DNA of 64,000 nucleotides from Dehalococcoidia bacterium (GTDB lineage Bacteria; Chloroflexota; Dehalococcoidia; Lucifugimonadales; CBDEGW01): NCBI GenBank assembly GCA_965237935.1, contig CBDEGW010000004.1, positions 477,340 to 541,339 of the forward strand, read 5' to 3'. Shown piece by piece: positions 60,190 to 64,000 of this stretch (position 1 is its first letter; each line of letters starts with the position of its first letter). The notes under the pieces were generated by a model. It saw only the letters and a program-made list of their open reading frames with translations, ran no database searches and was not told where the DNA came from. The position numbers and the translations under genes were made by a program.

Positions 60190-61947
60190 ATGCCAAGAGG
60201 TAGCGGCAACAACGAAGTCGCCTCTTTACGCGAGCGTATTCGTCACTCGGCGTCCCACGTCATGGCCGACGCCGTGGTTCAGCTATTCCCCGAAGCCAAG
60301 CTGGCCATCGGCCCACCCACGGGGGACGGCTTCTACTACGATTTTCTGGTGTCACGCCCCTTCACTCCCGAAGACCTGGAGGGCATTGAGGCCCTTATGA
60401 GAGAGACTATAGCTCGGGACCACCCCTTCATACGGAGAGAGGTCTCTCGACAGGAGGTCATTGCCCAGAACTCGGAGCAGCCCTTCAAGGGAGAGATCAT
60501 CGCCGAGATTCCAGAGGATGAGGTCATCTCCACCTACACGCACAGCGGCTTCACCGATCTGTGCGAAGGCCCCCACGTCGATTCCACCGGCAAGATCCCG
60601 GCCTTGAAGCTTCTCTCGGTGGCGGGTGCCTACTGGCGGGGCGACGAGCACCGCCCCATGCTCCAGCGTATCTATGGCACCGCCTTCGAGTCCCAGGAGG
60701 CTCTGGACGACTACCTATTCCAACTGGAGGAGGCCCAGAGGCGGGATCACCGCAAGCTGGGGCGGGAGCTGGGGTTGTTCAGCCTCGCAGAGGGGGTAGG
60801 CCCTGGCCTGCCTCTGTGGCTCCCCAAGGGGGCTACGATTCGACGCATCCTGGAGCGCTGGATCGTGGATTTGGAGCTAGAAGCCGGGTACCAACACGTT
60901 TATACACCGCATCTCGCCAAGGTCGACTTGTATAAGCAGTCCGGTCACTGGGAGAAGTTCCAGGATTCTATGTTCCCGGTAATGGAGCGAGACAACGAGC
61001 AGATTGTGTTGCGTCCAATGAACTGCCCCCATCATATCCTGATTTACAAGACTGGATTGCATAGCTATCGTGAGTTACCTATCCGTATCGCCGAGTTAGG
61101 CACCATGTATCGGTACGAGAAGTCTGGCGAGCTTTCTGGACTCAGCAGAGTCCGCGCCATGACGCTGAACGATGCCCACATCTTCTGTCGTGCTGATCAG
61201 GTCAAGGAAGAGTTCAAAGCTGTCCTCAATTTCATCCTCGAGGCGTACAGCCAACTTGGGTTCACCTCCTATTGGCACCGCCTGTCGCTTCACGACCCGG
61301 CTGACCCCGAAAAGTACCACCAGGACGAAGAGATGTGGCAGTTCACAGAACAGGTACTACTTGAGGCCATGAACGAGATGAATCTGCCTTACGAGGAAGC
61401 GCCAGGAGAGGCAGCATTCTACGGGCCGAAGCTGGATGTGCAGGTTGAGACCGTCCTGGGGAAAGAGGAGACGGTCTCCACCATTCAGATAGATAACCAC
61501 CTATCAGACCGTTTCGACCTGGAATACATCGGTGAAGATGGAAAGGCCCATCGGCCCACCATAATCCATCGTAGCGTAATAAGCACCTTTGAAAGATTGG
61601 TGGCTCACCTCATCGAGCATTACGCGGGCGCCTTCCCCACCTGGCTGGCCCCCGTCCAGGCTGTTCTGATTCCCATTTCCGACCGCCACCTGGAGTATGC
61701 CCGCCATGTAGAATCCCAGATTAAAGGCGCCGGCATACGGGTTGAGGTCGATGGTCGCAGCGAGCGGATGAACGCCAAGGTGCGGGACGCCCAGCTCCAG
61801 AAGGTACCCTATATGCTCATCATGGGGGACAAGGAGGCCGCCGAAGGCGCTGTCAGCGTCCGCCTCCGCTCGGAACAGGACCTGGGGCCCAAGCCCCTGG
61901 CCGAGGTCATAGAGCTGCTGCTGGAGGACATCCGGTCCCGCCGGTAA
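60190..61947 (+). CDS. thrS: threonine--tRNA ligase (short form, no TGS domain)
   Basis: RHSASH, DLCEGPH, RDHRKLG, PMNCPHH, MYRYE, YGPKLD, anticodon-binding domain. Confidence 0.98.
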   Translation: MPRGSGNNEVASLRERIRHSASHVMADAVVQLFPEAKLAIGPPTGDGFYYDFLVSRPFTPEDLEGIEALMRETIARDHPFIRREVSRQEVIAQNSEQPFKGEIIAEIPEDEVISTYTHSGFTDLCEGPHVDSTGKIPALKLLSVAGAYWRGDEHRPMLQRIYGTAFESQEALDDYLFQLEEAQRRDHRKLGRELGLFSLAEGVGPGLPLWLPKGATIRRILERWIVDLELEAGYQHVYTPHLAKVDLYKQSGHWEKFQDSMFPVMERDNEQIVLRPMNCPHHILIYKTGLHSYRELPIRIAELGTMYRYEKSGELSGLSRVRAMTLNDAHIFCRADQVKEEFKAVLNFILEAYSQLGFTSYWHRLSLHDPADPEKYHQDEEMWQFTEQVLLEAMNEMNLPYEEAPGEAAFYGPKLDVQVETVLGKEETVSTIQIDNHLSDRFDLEYIGEDGKAHRPTIIHRSVISTFERLVAHLIEHYAGAFPTWLAPVQAVLIPISDRHLEYARHVESQIKGAGIRVEVDGRSERMNAKVRDAQLQKVPYMLIMGDKEAAEGAVSVRLRSEQDLGPKPLAEVIELLLEDIRSRR

Positions 61948-62130
61948 CCCCGGCTGTGCTTCGTCTCTCTACGGCTGGATATCAGTCCAATTTGTCGAGG
62001 TTATCGTAACTATTTGGGTCTGGTGGTCGCTCTTTCTCCCTTAGCTAGCCTGTGATAGACTGGGCAGACAAAAAATCTCACCATTTAGTCATATGCCTGA
62101 TAGACGAGCACCTAATAGCCGGAAGGGCCT

Positions 62131-62640
62131 TTGAACTGGCTGGACATAGCCATAATTGTGCCTTTGGCGCTATTTACCTACGTGGGGTGGCGCACCGGCA
62201 TCATCAGGGCCGCCCTGACCGTTGTTGGCATCGTATTAGGCATATACTTGGCGGGAGTATTTTTTGACGAGCTATCCGGTGCGATAGACTCCATCATCAC
62301 CAGCGAGAACGCCGCCAACGTAGTAGCCTTTGCCATAATTTTCCTGATAGTGTTTGTCGTACAGGGCATATTAGGCTCCGTACTCAAACGTGTGCTAAAC
62401 TTCCTATTCCTGGGCTGGATCGACAGCAGCGTGGGAGCAGCCCTGGGCCTGGCGGTGGGAGCCACCCTGGCCGTGGTGGCTATTGTGGTGATGAATGCCT
62501 TCGGGATGGAGGATCAGGTGGATAAGTCCTTTATGGGGAACTTCTTCTTGGACAACTATCCGGTGGTCTTGGACCTGCTTCCGGAGGAGTTTGACGTAAT
62601 AAATGAGCACATCCCAGAAAGCCTCTCTGAAACGAAATGA
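62131..62640 (+). CDS. cvpA: CvpA family membrane protein
   Basis: MNWLDIAII, LGWIDSSVGAALG. Confidence 0.88.
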   Translation: MNWLDIAIIVPLALFTYVGWRTGIIRAALTVVGIVLGIYLAGVFFDELSGAIDSIITSENAANVVAFAIIFLIVFVVQGILGSVLKRVLNFLFLGWIDSSVGAALGLAVGATLAVVAIVVMNAFGMEDQVDKSFMGNFFLDNYPVVLDLLPEEFDVINEHIPESLSETK

Positions 62641-63143
62641 TCGATTCATCGGTTCTTGTGCTGAACCAAAACTACGAGCCGCTGAACATTTGCAACGGCC
62701 GTCGCGCCATTGTGCTGCTGTCCAAGGGCAAGGCGGAGCTTCTGGAGAATGGCCGTGGAGAGGTTCGCTGTGTCAGCTACTCAGTTATTTTGCCCTCCAT
62801 CATTCGCCTGCTGTACATGGTCAAGCGGCCGTTGATTCAGAGGAAGCTGTCCAGGAGGGAGGTGTTCCACCGGGATGGGTTCACCTGCCAGTACTGCGAC
62901 CGGCAACCCAAAGCCCTCACTCTGGACCACGTGATACCTCGGCACAGAGGTGGCCCCCACGTTTGGGAGAACGTGGTCAGCGCCTGCATTCCATGCAATC
63001 ATCGCAAGGCGGGACGCGCTCCGGCGGAAGCAGGGATGAAGCTCCTGAAGGAGCCCAAGGCACCCCGGCCACATCCCTACTACCTCTTCCAGTACCGCGC
63101 TATCCTGGAAGAGTGGCGCAAGTTCATCCCCTGGGCTAACTAG
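62637..63143 (+). CDS. HNH endonuclease
   Basis: VLVLNQNYEP, RDGFTCQYC, LDHVIP, WENVVSACIPCNHRK. Confidence 0.92.
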   Translation: MIDSSVLVLNQNYEPLNICNGRRAIVLLSKGKAELLENGRGEVRCVSYSVILPSIIRLLYMVKRPLIQRKLSRREVFHRDGFTCQYCDRQPKALTLDHVIPRHRGGPHVWENVVSACIPCNHRKAGRAPAEAGMKLLKEPKAPRPHPYYLFQYRAILEEWRKFIPWAN

Positions 63144-63189
63144 ATACCTTTGCCTTTTCGCCTGGCCCCGACATTGTCGGGGCCAGCGG

Positions 63190-63393
63190 TTATTCCAGCT
63201 TGCGCAGGACGGGCCGCAGAGGCTCCGTGATGTCGCTGTAGAGAACCTGGTCTGGCGCGATAACCACCCGCCCCTCCTTCTCCCCATCTTCGTCCTGCAC
63301 CAGCACTCGGTCGTGAAGCTCCAGCTCCAGCGCCATGGGGTCATAGAAGTGGACCCTGTCCCTTCGGCGAAACCTGACTCCCACGGCTCCCAT
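63190..63393 (-). CDS. short PSP1/RicT N-terminal-like protein
   Basis: VGVRF...HFYDP...DRVLV...GRV...LRPVLRK directly after holB; lacks the Cys-rich C-terminus. Confidence 0.65.
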   Translation of the reverse strand: MGAVGVRFRRRDRVHFYDPMALELELHDRVLVQDEDGEKEGRVVIAPDQVLYSDITEPLRPVLRKLE

Positions 63394-63402
63394 GTTCTCC
63401 CC

Positions 63403-64000
63403 CTAAACGCCCTTGCGGCTTCCCAGGATGTGCATTGGCGGCAGGGAGAGCATCAGCACCTCCAGGGCCAGCCTGGGGTTGGCGTTCTGGTCCAAATGTT
63501 CGATGGCCTCCTCCAGCGCCTTCAGAATGGCGGCGATGTTCTCAGAAATGAGGCCTTGGGCTATCTTCTCAAGGGTCTCCTTGATGGCGATGTTCACCAG
63601 GAACTCGGCTGTACCCTCTTTAAGCAGCAGCAGGTCCCGGCACAGGGAGAGCCAGAGGCGCAGCTCACTCCGGCCCACCTCCCTGTCTCTGCTGAAGGCC
63701 GAGGCCAGTTGGGCGGCGTAGGCGAATCGCTCCTCTATGCCACCCTCCAGCACTGAAACGACACGCTCCAGCTTCTGTTGCCGCTCCTCAAGGATGGCTG
63801 GGTCCGTCAGGGCTTCCAGAGCCCAGCCAAGGCTTCCTTCTGAGAGGGCTGCCAGCTCCCAGGCCTTGCCCTCCTCCTCCAGCCCTCGCCTCTCCAGCTC
63901 CTGGGCCACCAGGTGGGTGGGCAGACGTCGGAACTCCAGGAGCTGGCACCTGGAGATGATGGTGGGCAAAAGCAGCTCTTCGTTGCTGGCAAGAAGTACC
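63403..64000 (-). CDS. holB: DNA polymerase III delta' subunit, C-terminal part (runs off the window end)
   Basis: LLLPTIISRCQ, LSEGSLGWA, NANPRLALEVL. Confidence 0.9.
   Translation of the reverse strand, partial: VLLASNEELLLPTIISRCQLLEFRRLPTHLVAQELERRGLEEEGKAWELAALSEGSLGWALEALTDPAILEERQQKLERVVSVLEGGIEERFAYAAQLASAFSRDREVGRSELRLWLSLCRDLLLLKEGTAEFLVNIAIKETLEKIAQGLISENIAAILKALEEAIEHLDQNANPRLALEVLMLSLPPMHILGSRKGV

Noticed and set aside
62637-63143. HNH nuclease as a defence or mobile gene
   Set aside because: It is coupled to cvpA in a housekeeping region and belongs to a widespread small HNH family; nothing unusual is visible.

Overview
GC-rich bacterial DNA. The gene content (Pro/Thr-rich lipoproteins, LLM oxidoreductase, amidohydrolases, cyclodeaminase-family and XDH-family enzymes) resembles Chloroflexota (Dehalococcoidia/SAR202-like); this is an inference only. 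The first ~31 kb and the 40-43 kb stretch are an accessory, IS-riddled region. It holds three IS3-family elements plus a duplicated IS3 left end, three IS1380 pieces (partial, relic, complete), one IS256, an IS1182 fragment, two copies of a 161-bp MITE and two truncated large serine recombinase (LSR) genes, mixed with surface lipoprotein genes. Inside it is a defence-island-like block (7.2-12.7 kb): restriction-enzyme fragments, then a tightly coupled four-gene operon (hypothetical partner, long QatC/Cap9-like QueC-family protein, XRE-HTH/IrrE peptidase, PIN nuclease). This operon matches neither QatABCD nor type IV CBASS and is the best candidate for an undescribed system. An IS1380-split lipoprotein with Ig-like domains and a C-terminus resembling type III secretion needle/filament subunits lies at 39.8-42.7 kb. 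The rest (32-64 kb) is catabolic and housekeeping (aromatic-acid catabolism cluster, fdh, tag, mobA, lepB, ECF sigma/anti-sigma, thrS, cvpA, HNH, holB), with several in-frame stops and frameshifts indicating gene decay or assembly error. No rRNA, tRNA or CRISPR array was found.
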